From contig JBNJHN010000005.1 in assembly GCA_051748565.1 (NCBI GenBank), positions 1-61,765 on the forward strand: DNA of 61,765 nucleotides, in the 5' to 3' direction. The first letter of the stretch is position 1, and each line of letters starts with the position of its first letter. This DNA comes from Bacillota bacterium. GTDB taxonomy: Bacteria > Bacillota > Dethiobacteria > DTU022. The notes beneath the pieces are model-generated. The model was not told the origin of the DNA and made no database searches. It saw only the letters and a program-made list of their open reading frames with translations. Positions 28,138-38,799 of the stretch are shown here, in pieces. The position numbers and the translations under genes were made by a program.

Positions 28138-28699
28138 AACTGCTGAAACTGCAGTAATTCTTGATTTAAAACTTGACGGGACCGGTCAGGCAGAATTGAA
28201 AACCGGACTGCCATTTTTTGAACATATGCTTAACCTGTGGTGCCGCCACGGGTTCTTTGACCTGGCCATTAGAGCCGAAGGCGACATTGAAGTCGATCTC
28301 CATCACCTGGTTGAAGATATAGGTATATGTCTTGGCCGGGCCTGGCAGGAAGCATTGGGTAATAAAGACGGGATCAGGAGATACGGTTTTAGCGCTGTAC
28401 CGATGGACGAAGCACTGGTTACTGCAGCAGCCGATCTTTCCGGTCGCCCCTGGCTTCATTATAATATTTTGCTTTCTCCCGGACTGGTGGGAACGATGGA
28501 TCCGGAGTTATTCAGGGAATTCTGGCAGGCCTTTGTAAATGAAGGGCGTTTTAACCTGCACCTGGACATGAATCACGGCCAGAATAAGCATCATATCATT
28601 GAAGCATCTTACAAGGCCGCCGGCAGGGCATTGAACGAAGCATCTTCATTAATGGACGGGTACCATGGTATCCTTTCGACCAAGGGAAAATTAGAATGA
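28109..28699 (+). CDS. hisB: imidazoleglycerol-phosphate dehydratase
   Basis: FFEHML, DLHHLVED, PMDEAL, NKHHIIEA, STKG. Confidence 0.96.
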   Translation: MNRQARVERKTAETAVILDLKLDGTGQAELKTGLPFFEHMLNLWCRHGFFDLAIRAEGDIEVDLHHLVEDIGICLGRAWQEALGNKDGIRRYGFSAVPMDEALVTAAADLSGRPWLHYNILLSPGLVGTMDPELFREFWQAFVNEGRFNLHLDMNHGQNKHHIIEASYKAAGRALNEASSLMDGYHGILSTKGKLE

Positions 28700-28709
28700 G
28701 GTGACACAT

Positions 28710-29429
28710 ATGCTGGTTATACCAGCCATCGATTTGCACCGTGGCCGCTGCGTCCGCCTTTATCAGGGTAATCCTGAGCGCGAAACTGTTTATGGGAACA
28801 ATCCCGTCGAGGTAGCCCGCCAGTGGGAGCAGCTGGGTGCAAAAATGCTTCACCTTGTCGATCTTGACGGGGCTTTTACCGGGCATTCCAAAAATGCGAA
28901 GGTTATCTGCTCCATCGGTGAAGAAGTGCATATACCCCTGCAGCTGGGCGGTGGTATAAGATCCGCAGAAGCAGTTGAAAAGGCCATTTCTGCAGGTGTA
29001 TCAAGAGTAATTCTCGGAACTATTGCCATAGAGCAGCCTAAACTGGCCCGACAAATTGTGGATGAATATGGTGAAAGGATAATTGTCGGTATTGACGCCC
29101 GTGATGATATGGTTGCCGTTAAAGGCTGGACTGAATTTTCTGCAGTCAAAACGGTCGAGCTGGCTTTACGCATTGAGCAGTGGGGTGTTAAAGAGATTAT
29201 TTATACCGATATCAAAAAAGACGGAACCATGCAGGGGCCTGATATGACCGGTCTTGAAGATATTCTGCAAAAGACATCCCTGCAGGTAATTATGTCTGGC
29301 GGGATATCTTCAATAGAAGATCTGGTTTCCCTAAAACCTTACAGCAGCCGGGTTAGTGGTGTGATTATCGGAAAAGCCTTATATTCTAACCAGATTACAT
29401 TGCCGGATGCCATGGCGATATTTAATTGA
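28710..29429 (+). CDS. hisA: ProFAR isomerase
   Basis: VIPAIDL..GRCVRL, HLVDLDGA, QLGGGIR, YTDIKKDG, SGGI, GKALY; start ATG 28710. Confidence 0.95.
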   Translation: MLVIPAIDLHRGRCVRLYQGNPERETVYGNNPVEVARQWEQLGAKMLHLVDLDGAFTGHSKNAKVICSIGEEVHIPLQLGGGIRSAEAVEKAISAGVSRVILGTIAIEQPKLARQIVDEYGERIIVGIDARDDMVAVKGWTEFSAVKTVELALRIEQWGVKEIIYTDIKKDGTMQGPDMTGLEDILQKTSLQVIMSGGISSIEDLVSLKPYSSRVSGVIIGKALYSNQITLPDAMAIFN

Positions 29430-29492
29430 AATACAGGGGGAGCAAAATTTGGACTTCATTATTAGTGATTGCGGAGATTTGGAGGAGAGAAC

Positions 29493-29882
29493 GTGAAAGA
29501 CGATATTGAAAACCGGAAGTTGGACCCACTGGAAACAGAAAAGCTTAAATATGATCAAAATGGCCTTGTTCCTGCTGTTATCCAGGATTATAGAAACAAT
29601 GTGGTCCTCATGGTCGGGTACATGAACGAAGAGGCGGTAAAACGGACAATAAAAGAAGGGAAAGTCTGTTTCTGGAGCCGCAGCCGCCAGGAATACTGGG
29701 TTAAAGGAGAAACTTCAGGGAACTTTTTCGAGGTACGGTCAATATATGCCGATTGCGATGCCGATACCCTCCTGGTGAAGGTTATTCCTCTCGGCCCGGG
29801 TCTGGCATGTCACACCGGGCGCTATTCCTGTTTTTTCAATACCCTGGACGGTTTTAATCTGCAGGAGGAGAAAAATGGTTGA
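29493..29882 (+). CDS. hisI: phosphoribosyl-AMP cyclohydrolase (monofunctional)
   Basis: GLVPAVIQD, VLMVGYMN, SRSRQ..WVKGETSGN, DCDADTLL, ACHTGRYSCFF; no HisE domain. Confidence 0.93.
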   Translation: MKDDIENRKLDPLETEKLKYDQNGLVPAVIQDYRNNVVLMVGYMNEEAVKRTIKEGKVCFWSRSRQEYWVKGETSGNFFEVRSIYADCDADTLLVKVIPLGPGLACHTGRYSCFFNTLDGFNLQEEKNG

Positions 29883-30675
29883 CTATCATCTGCATACCTC
29901 CCGATGCTGCCATGCCGTTGGAACAATGGATGAATACCTGGCTGAAGCAGAACTCAAAAAGATCAGGGAAATCGGTTTTGCCGATCACTTCCCCCTGGGG
30001 CTGCTTGACTATAACCCGCGCGTTCAGGTTACGATGAATCCCGGGGAATTGGATGAATATATCCTGCAGGTAGAAAATCTGAAAAAACTTAGCAACAGAG
30101 TTAAGATTAAGCTGGGAATTGAGATAGACTATTTACCCGGTACTGAAGATAAATTAGGCAAACTTCTCAAAGAATACAGTTTTGATTTTGTTATCGGTTC
30201 AATCCATTTCATGGATGACTGGGATTTTACCCATCCTGTTTATGCAGACACCTATAAAGATCGTGATTTAAACCGTCTTTACGAAACTTATTTTGATCTG
30301 GTCTGGAATCTTTGTCACAGTGGCCTTATAGATATAATAGGCCACATTGATGTAATTAAAAAATTTGGATACAGACCGAGCGTTGATCTGGAGCCGCTCT
30401 GGGAGCAAACTGCCCGTATTCTGAAGCAGACCGATACATGTATGGAACTTAATACCGCCGGGCGGGATGCACCGGTGGGAGAGTTCTATCCGGAGAAGCT
30501 GCTTATCGAAAAATGTTTCAAAGAAGGGGTTTCAGTAACCCTGGGTTCTGATGCTCACGGGCCGCAGCAGGTCGGAAGATATTTTGAAGAAGCTCTTCAA
30601 ACGCTAAAAGAGGCAGGCTACCGCGAACTCACTGTTTTCGAAAAACGGATTAAATCCAGTCTGCCTTTAGATTAA
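29875..30675 (+). CDS. hisK: PHP-family histidinol-phosphatase (HisJ/HisK type)
   Basis: DYHLHT, GFADH, GIEID, IGSIH, GHIDVIKKF, ELNTAG, GSDAH; inside the his operon. Confidence 0.88.
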   Translation: MVDYHLHTSRCCHAVGTMDEYLAEAELKKIREIGFADHFPLGLLDYNPRVQVTMNPGELDEYILQVENLKKLSNRVKIKLGIEIDYLPGTEDKLGKLLKEYSFDFVIGSIHFMDDWDFTHPVYADTYKDRDLNRLYETYFDLVWNLCHSGLIDIIGHIDVIKKFGYRPSVDLEPLWEQTARILKQTDTCMELNTAGRDAPVGEFYPEKLLIEKCFKEGVSVTLGSDAHGPQQVGRYFEEALQTLKEAGYRELTVFEKRIKSSLPLD

Positions 30676-30689
30676 AGAGGAGGATTTCA

Positions 30690-31166
30690 TTGACGAAGCT
30701 CCATCAGGATCGGATTGATACGCCAAAAGGCGTTTTTTTGATTCGATTCAGCAGCAGAGGTATTTATGAAATATGCTTTCCCGGTTCAAGAACAGATCTG
30801 GGTTATCCTCCATGCAGCCTGCCCTGGACCGGGTTCGCCGGTGATCTCCATTGCTACCTGTCAGGGAAAAAAGTAGACTGGGCAGGTTACCCCCTTGATC
30901 AAAGCGGTTACCGGCCTTTTACGGCCAGGCTGCTTGAAGAAGTTAGCAATATTCCATATGGGCAGGTCTGTACATACCGGGAAGCAGCCGAACGAGCCGG
31001 ATCACCCCTGGCCTGGCGAGCGGCGGGGCAGGCTCTGAAAGTCAATCGCCATCCTGTAATAGTACCCTGTCACCGGGTTGTAGGAAGTAATAACAGGATC
31101 GGTGGATTCAGCGGTCCCCCCGGTTGGAAACAGATGCTTCTTGAACTGGAAGGTGTACTCATTTAA
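30690..31166 (+). CDS. ogt: methylated-DNA--protein-cysteine methyltransferase
   Basis: IPYGQVCTY, RAAGQAL, PCHRV active site, GGFSG..WKQMLLELE. Confidence 0.9.
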   Translation: MTKLHQDRIDTPKGVFLIRFSSRGIYEICFPGSRTDLGYPPCSLPWTGFAGDLHCYLSGKKVDWAGYPLDQSGYRPFTARLLEEVSNIPYGQVCTYREAAERAGSPLAWRAAGQALKVNRHPVIVPCHRVVGSNNRIGGFSGPPGWKQMLLELEGVLI

Positions 31167-31269
31167 CATAATAGAAGAGTCTTCTTCCGAAGCCACCCCT
31201 GTCAGGTATTCTGAATGGCAGGAGCCGGTGTGGTACGCTTCATGATCTTTAAACTGAAGGAGTTTTTAA

Positions 31270-32433
31270 ATGCGTTACTTATCCGGCGGTGAATCGCACG
31301 GGCCTTGTTTAAGCGGTATAATCGATGGTTTGCCGGCAGGTCTCGAACTGAATATAGACGACATCAATAAACAATTAGGGCGCCGTCAGATTGGTTACGG
31401 CAGAGGCGCCAGGATGGCTATTGAAAAAGATCAGGTTCAAATTCTTTCAGGGCTGCGTTTTAGGCGGACTATAGGCAGCCCGCTAACCCTTCAGATCAAA
31501 AACCGCGATTGGGAAAATTGGCGGGAAATTATGGCACCGGAAGGTTTCGAACCGCAGGATGCAGTTTTACAGACCCGGCCCCGTCCCGGGCATGCCGACC
31601 TGGCCGGCGGTCTGAAATATAACCATGAAGACCTGCGGATGATTTTAGAACGCTCCAGCGCCCGGGAGACAGCTATGAGGGTGGCTGTAGGCAGTGTGGG
31701 CCGCATTTTACTTGAGAAATTCCGGGTTCGTTTTTACAGCCATATTGTCAGTATCGGTTCGGTTGATACTGCTCTTGACAGCAGTGAACTGCCTGACTTA
31801 TTTGATCAAATTGAAAAATCACCTTTGCGCTGTGCTGATCCAATCGCAGAAAAGGATATGCGGAAAGAGATTGATAAAGCAAAAAATGATGGAGATACCC
31901 TGGGCGGAATTATGGAGATCGTAGTCACCGGCCTGCCTCCTGGTTTGGGCAGTCATGTGCATTGGGATCTTCGCCTCGACGGACGCCTCGCCGGGGCCAT
32001 TGCAAGTATCCAGGGTATCAAAGGCGTCGAAATCGGGACCGGGTTTAAAAGCGCCCGGCTGCGGGGATCACAATTACATGATCCAATTGTTCGGGAAGAT
32101 GGTTCCGGTATAGTTCGCCCATCCAACCGGGCGGGAGGCCTGGAGGGGGGAATTACTAACGGCCAGCCTTTGATCCTCAGGGCTGCCATGAAGCCAATCC
32201 CTACCCTGGCTGATCCCCTGCCCAGCATTGACTGGAATACAGGCCTGGCTTCACATGGAGCTACTGAAAGATCCGATGTCTGCGCTGTTCCCGCTGCCGC
32301 AGTGGTTGCAGAAGCAGTCGCTGCCTGGGAGCTGGCAGTATCTTTTCGGGAAAAATTTGCAGGAGACTATATCGAAGAAGTTGAAGCCGCCTACCAATTC
32401 TATATGGAGCAGGTAAACAGGCGGTTGAGGTAA
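31270..32433 (+). CDS. aroC: chorismate synthase
   Basis: GESHG, RRQIGYGRG, RPGHAD, ERSSARET, GGLEGGITNG, MKPIPT, ERSDVCAVP. Confidence 0.97.
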   Translation: MRYLSGGESHGPCLSGIIDGLPAGLELNIDDINKQLGRRQIGYGRGARMAIEKDQVQILSGLRFRRTIGSPLTLQIKNRDWENWREIMAPEGFEPQDAVLQTRPRPGHADLAGGLKYNHEDLRMILERSSARETAMRVAVGSVGRILLEKFRVRFYSHIVSIGSVDTALDSSELPDLFDQIEKSPLRCADPIAEKDMRKEIDKAKNDGDTLGGIMEIVVTGLPPGLGSHVHWDLRLDGRLAGAIASIQGIKGVEIGTGFKSARLRGSQLHDPIVREDGSGIVRPSNRAGGLEGGITNGQPLILRAAMKPIPTLADPLPSIDWNTGLASHGATERSDVCAVPAAAVVAEAVAAWELAVSFREKFAGDYIEEVEAAYQFYMEQVNRRLR

Positions 32434-32445
32434 GAGGAGGTTTTT

Positions 32446-33573
32446 ATGGCACGACGGGAAATCACAGTTAAATCAACCGGCTTTGCTTACAGGGTGCTGA
32501 TCGAAGAAGGCGTATTGGCTAACCTCGGCAAGTCTTTGCGTCTCCTCTTTCCATCAACTAGAACACTGCTGGTCAGCGATAGGAGAGTCTTTACCCTCTA
32601 CGGTGATCAAGCATTAAAAACCTTAAAGCAAGAGATGTGGCAGGTCGGTACATTTTTAATCAGGCCGGGTGAAAGATCTAAGACTCTGAGTACTGCTTCC
32701 CGCTTATTTGATGCCGCCGTTGAAACAGGTCTCGATCGCAACTCGCCAATAATTGCTCTTGGCGGTGGGGTAGTCGGCGATCTGGCCGGCTTCGCCGCGG
32801 CTACTTATATGCGTGGGGTACCCCTGGTCATGGTTCCCACCTCACTATTAGCCCAGGTTGACAGCAGCGTCGGTGGGAAGGTTGCTGTGAACCATCCCCG
32901 TGGAAAGAATATAATTGGCGCTATTTACCCACCACGGATTGTGCTGATCGACCCGCCGGTTCTAAACACCCTTCCGAAACGGCAGCTGCGGGCCGGCCTG
33001 GCCGAGGTGATCAAGTACGGCATCATTGAAGACAGCTCGTTTTTCAGATTGCTGGAAGAAAATTTAGATCATTTATTAGATGGCGATAATTGTTTTCTTG
33101 CTGAAGCGGTGCAAAGATCCCTTCAATCAAAAGCCAGGGTTGTCGAAGAAGATGAATATGAAAAAGATTACCGTCGAATTCTTAATTTCGGGCATACTAT
33201 CGGGCATGCTCTCGAAACGGCTACCGCTTACCGTTACTATCTCCATGGAGAGGCAGTTCTGGTCGGCATGTATGCTGCAGTGAAAATTGCTGTTCAATTA
33301 AACCTGCTTGATAGAATCTCGGCTGGGCGTATTATTTCATTAATAGAAAAGATCGGATTAAAAAAACCGCCTGCAGGCTTGACCGCTGAGAAGGTAATCG
33401 ATAAACTAAGGCAAGATAAAAAGCGTCGGGGAAACAATATAATATTTGTCCTGCCGACAGCTATCGGTTCTGCTATTATGGTTCCGGTGAGCGATGTGCA
33501 GCTGATCAGGGAAGCGGTCGAATTATATTTTATACATAAGACGATATATAAGTCCGGCCTCTCCGGCTGGTAA
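32446..33573 (+). CDS. aroB: 3-dehydroquinate synthase
   Basis: GERSK, LGGGVVGDL, PTSLLAQVDSSVGGK, AEVIKYG, LNFGHTIGHALE, HGEAV. Confidence 0.96.
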   Translation: MARREITVKSTGFAYRVLIEEGVLANLGKSLRLLFPSTRTLLVSDRRVFTLYGDQALKTLKQEMWQVGTFLIRPGERSKTLSTASRLFDAAVETGLDRNSPIIALGGGVVGDLAGFAAATYMRGVPLVMVPTSLLAQVDSSVGGKVAVNHPRGKNIIGAIYPPRIVLIDPPVLNTLPKRQLRAGLAEVIKYGIIEDSSFFRLLEENLDHLLDGDNCFLAEAVQRSLQSKARVVEEDEYEKDYRRILNFGHTIGHALETATAYRYYLHGEAVLVGMYAAVKIAVQLNLLDRISAGRIISLIEKIGLKKPPAGLTAEKVIDKLRQDKKRRGNNIIFVLPTAIGSAIMVPVSDVQLIREAVELYFIHKTIYKSGLSGW

Positions 33574-33596
33574 GAATTGAATGGAGAGTGGTTTAG

Positions 33597-34838
33597 ATGA
33601 AGCAAGCAGTAAAGCCCGGCTGGCTTTTAATTCTAATTATCGTAAGCTTTCTGATTATCGGGTCAGGCTACTGGGCATTTATTAATGCGGCTGACAGGGA
33701 AGAAGGGATCAAACGCGGTTTGGATATTGCCGGGGGGCTTTATGTGCTCCTTGAGGCGGTAGAAACAGGAGACCGTGATATTGACGAGGATGCTATTGAA
33801 CGCGCCATTACAGTTATTCGCATGCGTGTCGACGAACTCGGGGTTGCTGAACCGATTATTGCCGCACAGGGTGATAACCGTATCCGCATTGAACTTCCCG
33901 ACCTGGAAGATGTTGAACAGGCTCGTAATATAATTGGACGGACAGCTTTGTTGACCTTTGTCGGCCCGGATGGTGAGGTAATAGTTACCGGTGCCAACCT
34001 GGTCCAGGCCAGGGCTGAAAGAGCCCCTGAATTTAACCCTTATCCCTTTGTCAGCATAGAATTTGACCAGGAAGGTTCAAGACTTTTTGCCATTGCAACA
34101 GAAGAGTTTTTAGGTGAACCGATAGCCATTGTTCTCGATGATGAAATCATATCTTCGCCGGTAGTCAGGTCTGTAATTCCTGATGGAAAAGCAACTATAG
34201 AGGGTAACTTTAGTTTTGAAGAAGCAGCTGAATTGGCTCTGCTCCTGCGCAGCGGTGCCCTGCCTGTCGAACTGCGTGAACTTGAATCCCGCCTGATCGG
34301 GCCCACGCTTGGCCAGAGGACCGAAGAGATTGCTGTTTATGCCGCAGGTATTGGCCTGGCCCTGGTTGTGCTCTTTATGATCTTTTATTACAGGGTTGCA
34401 GGAATAATTGCCGGAATAGCCCTGATTTTTTACCTTTCACTGGTTTTGTGGGCTTTGACTTACCTGCCGACAACTCTGACGTTGCCCGGTATTGCCGGGC
34501 TGATTCTATCGATCGGTATGGCTGTTGATGCCAACGTGATTATTTTTGAAAGGATAAAAGACGAATTACGTTCAGGCCGGACCCCCAGGAGTGCCATGGA
34601 AAGCGGTTTCCAGCGGGCATTCAGGGCTATACTTGATGCAAATGTAACCACTTTGATCGTGACGATTGTACTCTTCAGTATGGCCAGCGGCCCGGTCAGG
34701 GGTTTTGCCGTAACCCTCTTCATTGGAATCATCTGCAGCATGTTTACAGCAATAATTTTAACCCGCTTGCTGATGCGTCTTGCTTTTAAAACCGGTCTGA
34801 TCAGCAGTGGGGTCTATGTGGGGGTGAAAGCTCAATGA
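33597..34838 (+). CDS. secD: protein translocase subunit SecD
   Basis: GLDIAGG, RVDELGVAEP, LRSGALP, IGPTLG, LTLPGIAG, GMAVDANVIIFERI, DANVTT. Confidence 0.95.
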   Translation: MKQAVKPGWLLILIIVSFLIIGSGYWAFINAADREEGIKRGLDIAGGLYVLLEAVETGDRDIDEDAIERAITVIRMRVDELGVAEPIIAAQGDNRIRIELPDLEDVEQARNIIGRTALLTFVGPDGEVIVTGANLVQARAERAPEFNPYPFVSIEFDQEGSRLFAIATEEFLGEPIAIVLDDEIISSPVVRSVIPDGKATIEGNFSFEEAAELALLLRSGALPVELRELESRLIGPTLGQRTEEIAVYAAGIGLALVVLFMIFYYRVAGIIAGIALIFYLSLVLWALTYLPTTLTLPGIAGLILSIGMAVDANVIIFERIKDELRSGRTPRSAMESGFQRAFRAILDANVTTLIVTIVLFSMASGPVRGFAVTLFIGIICSMFTAIILTRLLMRLAFKTGLISSGVYVGVKAQ

Positions 34839-35758
34839 TTGATTTTATCGGCAACCGTCGCAAAGCTTACTTTTTATCAGCGCTGCTGGTCATTGCCGGT
34901 TTGATATCGCTGGCTGTTTTTGGATTAAACCTTGGTATCGATTTTACCGGCGGGACGGTTCTGCATCTTAACCTGGGAGAAGATTTTTCATTGGAAGAAG
35001 TGGAATCAGTTCTGGCCCCTTTTGAAGAACTAGAAGGAGCTGTGATACAAATAGTTCAGGGAAGAGACCTTTCAGGAGAATTGACAGAGGAAGGCCTGGT
35101 TATCAAAGCCTCTCATATCGATGCCGACAGCAGGGATATGTTATTGAATACCATAAGGGATCGCTGGCCTGCCCTTGATCCCGCTGACTTGAGGATTGAA
35201 AGCGTAGGTGCTGTAATTGGGAGTGAACTGGCCAGGCAGGCTCTTCTCTCCCTGGCTGTGGCGATAGTTTTAATGGTTGCCTATATCACGATTCGCTTTG
35301 AATTCAGGTTTGCCCTGGCGACAATAGCAGCCTTACTGCACAATATCATTATAGTCATCGGTGTTTTTTCAATCCTGCAGATGGAGGTTAATGTGCCTTT
35401 TGTTGCGGCAATTTTAACGGTCTTCGGTTATTCAGTAAACGACACGATTGTAATTTTTGATCGGATCCGTGAAAATATAAAGCATAAACAAAGGAAAGAT
35501 TATGCTGCTGTGGTCAATGAGAGCATTAACCAGAACCTGATGCGTTCGATCAATACTTCTTTGACCACTCTTTTTGTCCTGGTAGCGCTTCTCTTTGGTT
35601 TTCATTACTTCATCGGCAGCCTGGACCTGATTGTTTTTGTGGTTGCCCTGATCCTGGGAGTTGTAGTCGGCACCTATTCATCCATATTCGTTGCCAGCCC
35701 GCTTTGGTTGAACCTCCAGTCGCTTAAATTCAAGGGTGTCCGCCGCAAAGCGGCTTAG
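34835..35758 (+). CDS. secF: protein translocase subunit SecF
   Basis: LGIDFTGG, VGAVIG, YITIRFE, GYSVNDTIVIFDRIREN, RSINTS, GTYSSIFVA. Confidence 0.95.
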   Translation: MIDFIGNRRKAYFLSALLVIAGLISLAVFGLNLGIDFTGGTVLHLNLGEDFSLEEVESVLAPFEELEGAVIQIVQGRDLSGELTEEGLVIKASHIDADSRDMLLNTIRDRWPALDPADLRIESVGAVIGSELARQALLSLAVAIVLMVAYITIRFEFRFALATIAALLHNIIIVIGVFSILQMEVNVPFVAAILTVFGYSVNDTIVIFDRIRENIKHKQRKDYAAVVNESINQNLMRSINTSLTTLFVLVALLFGFHYFIGSLDLIVFVVALILGVVVGTYSSIFVASPLWLNLQSLKFKGVRRKAA

Positions 35759-35782
35759 TATGAACAGAGGAGATGAATATAT

Positions 35783-36196
35783 ATGGGTTCTTTTTACCTG
35801 ATATTAGGTCTTGTTTTCAGCCTGATTATTGCCATAGTCGCCCTTGCCAATACTGAATCAGTTACTGTCAGCTATATCTTCGGTCGTGCCGAAGTATCTC
35901 TGATCCTGCTTATCCTCGGATCGGCCTTCATCGGGGCACTTGTTACGGGACTCTTCAGCCTTTTTCGCAGCATTCGTTCGGCATTTGCCTTTCGTGATAT
36001 GCGGCAGAAGCAGGAAGCTTTGCAGAAGCAGGTTAAGGCTCTTGAGGAGGAAAAGATCTTCCTTGAAGCGGAGCTGAATAAAGCGATATCAGTTCCTGAA
36101 GATGCAGAAGAGGCGGAAGCAGAAAAGCAGGAGGAAGATCTTCAACCGGCAGAACCTGTTTCGGCCGATGAAGAGGTGGAAGAGGAGCCTTCATGA
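35783..36196 (+). CDS. LapA/DUF1049 family membrane protein with coiled coil and acidic tail
   Basis: Two TM helices around ALANTESVTVSYIFG, SLILLILGSAFIG, then coiled coil. Confidence 0.75.
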   Translation: MGSFYLILGLVFSLIIAIVALANTESVTVSYIFGRAEVSLILLILGSAFIGALVTGLFSLFRSIRSAFAFRDMRQKQEALQKQVKALEEEKIFLEAELNKAISVPEDAEEAEAEKQEEDLQPAEPVSADEEVEEEPS

Positions 36197-38616
36197 GCCT
36201 TAGTGGGAAAAAGTGGATTTGGCCCGATCAGGATCACAATTCGTTTTTTACCTTTACCCGGGATTTAAAGTATCCACCCGCCCTGGCCAGACTGCTTATT
36301 AACCGCGGGATCAAGGATCCTGAGCAGGCCCGGGCTTTTTTGGCTCCTTCAATTGATCAATTTCATCCTCCCTGGGACATGTTGGGTATGAAAGAGGCCG
36401 TTGACAGGCTCCTAATTGCCATTAAAAAGAATGAAACAATAGTTATTCATGGTGATTACGATGCTGATGGCATATCGGCAACCGTAATTTTAGTCGAAGT
36501 TCTGCGGCAGCTTGGCGGCAAGGTCGATTATTACCTGCCCAGCCGTTTTGAAGAAGGCTATGGGTTGCATTTGGAACCCCTGAAGGAGTTTAAAGAGGCC
36601 GGCTGTTCTCTGGTCGTAACTGTCGATTGCGGGATCAATGCAGTTGATGAGATAGCACATGCCGCTAAACTGGGTCTTGACCTGATTATTACCGATCACC
36701 ACCAGCCTCTGGAGCGCCTGAGCGGTGCCCTGGCCGTCATCAATCCCCTGCAGGAAGCATGTGAATATCCTTTTAAAGAACTATCGGGTGCAGGTATTGC
36801 TTTTAAACTTGCCTCCGCTTTGATGGAAGAAACCGGTTCTGCTTTTCCAGATCACCTCCTGGATCTGGCCGCTCTCGGCACTGCTGCCGATGTGGTTCCC
36901 CTGTTGGGCGAAAACAGGGTTATAGTTGCATCCGGGTTAGAGGTCCTGCGAAGCCTGCAGAGGGTTGGTTTTAAGGCCCTTGCCGAAGCAGTCAGTCTTG
37001 ACGAAACCCGTATAAACAGCACGGCGCTCTCTTTTATCCTCGCCCCTTCAATTAATGCCGCCGGACGGATGGGTGCAGCTCTGCCTGCCGCCCGGCTTCT
37101 TCTGGAAAAAGATATCGAAAAAGCGTCACAATTGGCCGGACATTTGTACCGTGCCAACCAGTCGAGGCGCTCTACGGAACAAGCCATATTGAAAGAAGCT
37201 GAAGCAGCAGCTGAACAGCTTTCGACTGCAGACAATAAAGTGCTTACCCTGGCCCGGGAAAACTGGCATCATGGTGTGATCGGCATTGTGGCTTCACGTC
37301 TGGTGGAAAGGTTTAATCGCCCTGTAGCCCTGATTGCAATTGAAAATGGTGAGGGTCGCGGCTCGGCGCGCAGTATACCCGGGTTCGATATTACAGCCGC
37401 CCTGGCTGACAGTTCGGATCTTTTGGAAAAATTTGGTGGGCATGAGCAGGCTGCAGGTTTTACAGTTCAAGCCGATCATATTGACGAATTGAGGGAAAAG
37501 TTAAACCGCTACGCCAGAAAAAAAATCGACGCATCTCGATTAGATGCATGCCTTTATATAGAGGTGGAATTGGAAGAGAAGGAAATTGACTTCAATCTGA
37601 CAACAGAACTTGAAGATCTGCAGCCTCACGGAACTGGAAACCCTGAACCACTTTTCGGCAGCCGGTCCTGGGAAATTATCTCCTGGCGGCTGGTTGGAAA
37701 TGATCAAAAACATCTTAAACTTAATGTAAGAAAAGATGCTCGTACTCTTAACCCAATTGTTTTCTCAGGTGCGCCCCTTGCAGCACAGCTGGAAAAAGGG
37801 CGCCGCGTGGACCTTGCTTTCAAGATGAAAAATGGCAATTTTCGGGGCCGCAAAACCCTGGATCTTGAAGTGAAAGATTTGTGCTACAGCGATAGGGCAG
37901 CTATTGGGGCCCTTGAGCTTACAGATTATCGTGGAAGCAAAAACCGTGCAGGCTTATTAGAGGAAATTCTTGAAAGGGAAAAAAAGGATACGGTTCTCTT
38001 TGTTGCCGCTCAATCACGGGCTGAAAAAATCATGAACAGCATTTCATTTGATAATCTGCCCTATATAATTACCAGCGGGGCAATGAATGGTGAATCTGAA
38101 CTGCCCGTGAATCCTGAAATACTGGTTCTATATGATCTGCCCCTTCATGGCAGCATTCTGAAAACCACCCTGAGGCAGGGATTGAATAGAAACAAGTTGA
38201 GGGTTTACCTGCTCTACAATCGTGCCGATCTCAGGCAGAACTTACTGTTGACAGAGATTTCCCTGCCTTCAAAGGAAAACCTCTTAAAAATAAAAACAGT
38301 TTTGGAAGAGACGGCAAAAACGGGCATCGATCCTGATTTCCCCGGCCAGGCTGAGAAAGCTTTGGGTTTTAAACCTGCCGGGAGTTTTTGGACCCGGGCA
38401 GAAAGCATTTTCTCAGAAGCCGGTTTGCTTAAAAACGGCCGTTTTTCTAATGAACAATTGGAGCTCAGTTCAAGTTGGCCCGGATGTCTTGACTCGTCAC
38501 CCACATACCTGGCAACCAGGGAACTTTTAGAAAGCTGCCAGCAATTCCAGCATCTGTTTCTCGAAGGCACCCCGGTCGAAATCACAGCTTACCTGCATGA
38601 CCTTGGAGTCAGTTAA
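36193..38616 (+). CDS. recJ: single-stranded-DNA-specific exonuclease
   Basis: HGDYDADG, EGYGL, TVDCG, ITDHH, GTAADVVPL, INAAGR, GVIGIVASR, GSARS, FGGHEQAAG. Confidence 0.96.
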   Translation: MSLSGKKWIWPDQDHNSFFTFTRDLKYPPALARLLINRGIKDPEQARAFLAPSIDQFHPPWDMLGMKEAVDRLLIAIKKNETIVIHGDYDADGISATVILVEVLRQLGGKVDYYLPSRFEEGYGLHLEPLKEFKEAGCSLVVTVDCGINAVDEIAHAAKLGLDLIITDHHQPLERLSGALAVINPLQEACEYPFKELSGAGIAFKLASALMEETGSAFPDHLLDLAALGTAADVVPLLGENRVIVASGLEVLRSLQRVGFKALAEAVSLDETRINSTALSFILAPSINAAGRMGAALPAARLLLEKDIEKASQLAGHLYRANQSRRSTEQAILKEAEAAAEQLSTADNKVLTLARENWHHGVIGIVASRLVERFNRPVALIAIENGEGRGSARSIPGFDITAALADSSDLLEKFGGHEQAAGFTVQADHIDELREKLNRYARKKIDASRLDACLYIEVELEEKEIDFNLTTELEDLQPHGTGNPEPLFGSRSWEIISWRLVGNDQKHLKLNVRKDARTLNPIVFSGAPLAAQLEKGRRVDLAFKMKNGNFRGRKTLDLEVKDLCYSDRAAIGALELTDYRGSKNRAGLLEEILEREKKDTVLFVAAQSRAEKIMNSISFDNLPYIITSGAMNGESELPVNPEILVLYDLPLHGSILKTTLRQGLNRNKLRVYLLYNRADLRQNLLLTEISLPSKENLLKIKTVLEETAKTGIDPDFPGQAEKALGFKPAGSFWTRAESIFSEAGLLKNGRFSNEQLELSSSWPGCLDSSPTYLATRELLESCQQFQHLFLEGTPVEITAYLHDLGVS

Positions 38617-38799
38617 TTCCCCTGTCAATAAATATTCTGTAAATGGAAACATATTACAATAATCAGCAAGCCCCGGATTCAGGAATAAGTTATAGATAGC
38701 TCACGTTATTCGAGTAGCCGCCATGAATCATGCTATAGAATTTAGCGCCATTTTTTAGTATTATAGATATTAGATTTTTACATTCGGAGAATGATTAGA

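Noticed and set aside
38617-38799. Absence of apt between recJ and rel
   Set aside because: Minor synteny difference; no pseudogene remnant recognisable in the gap
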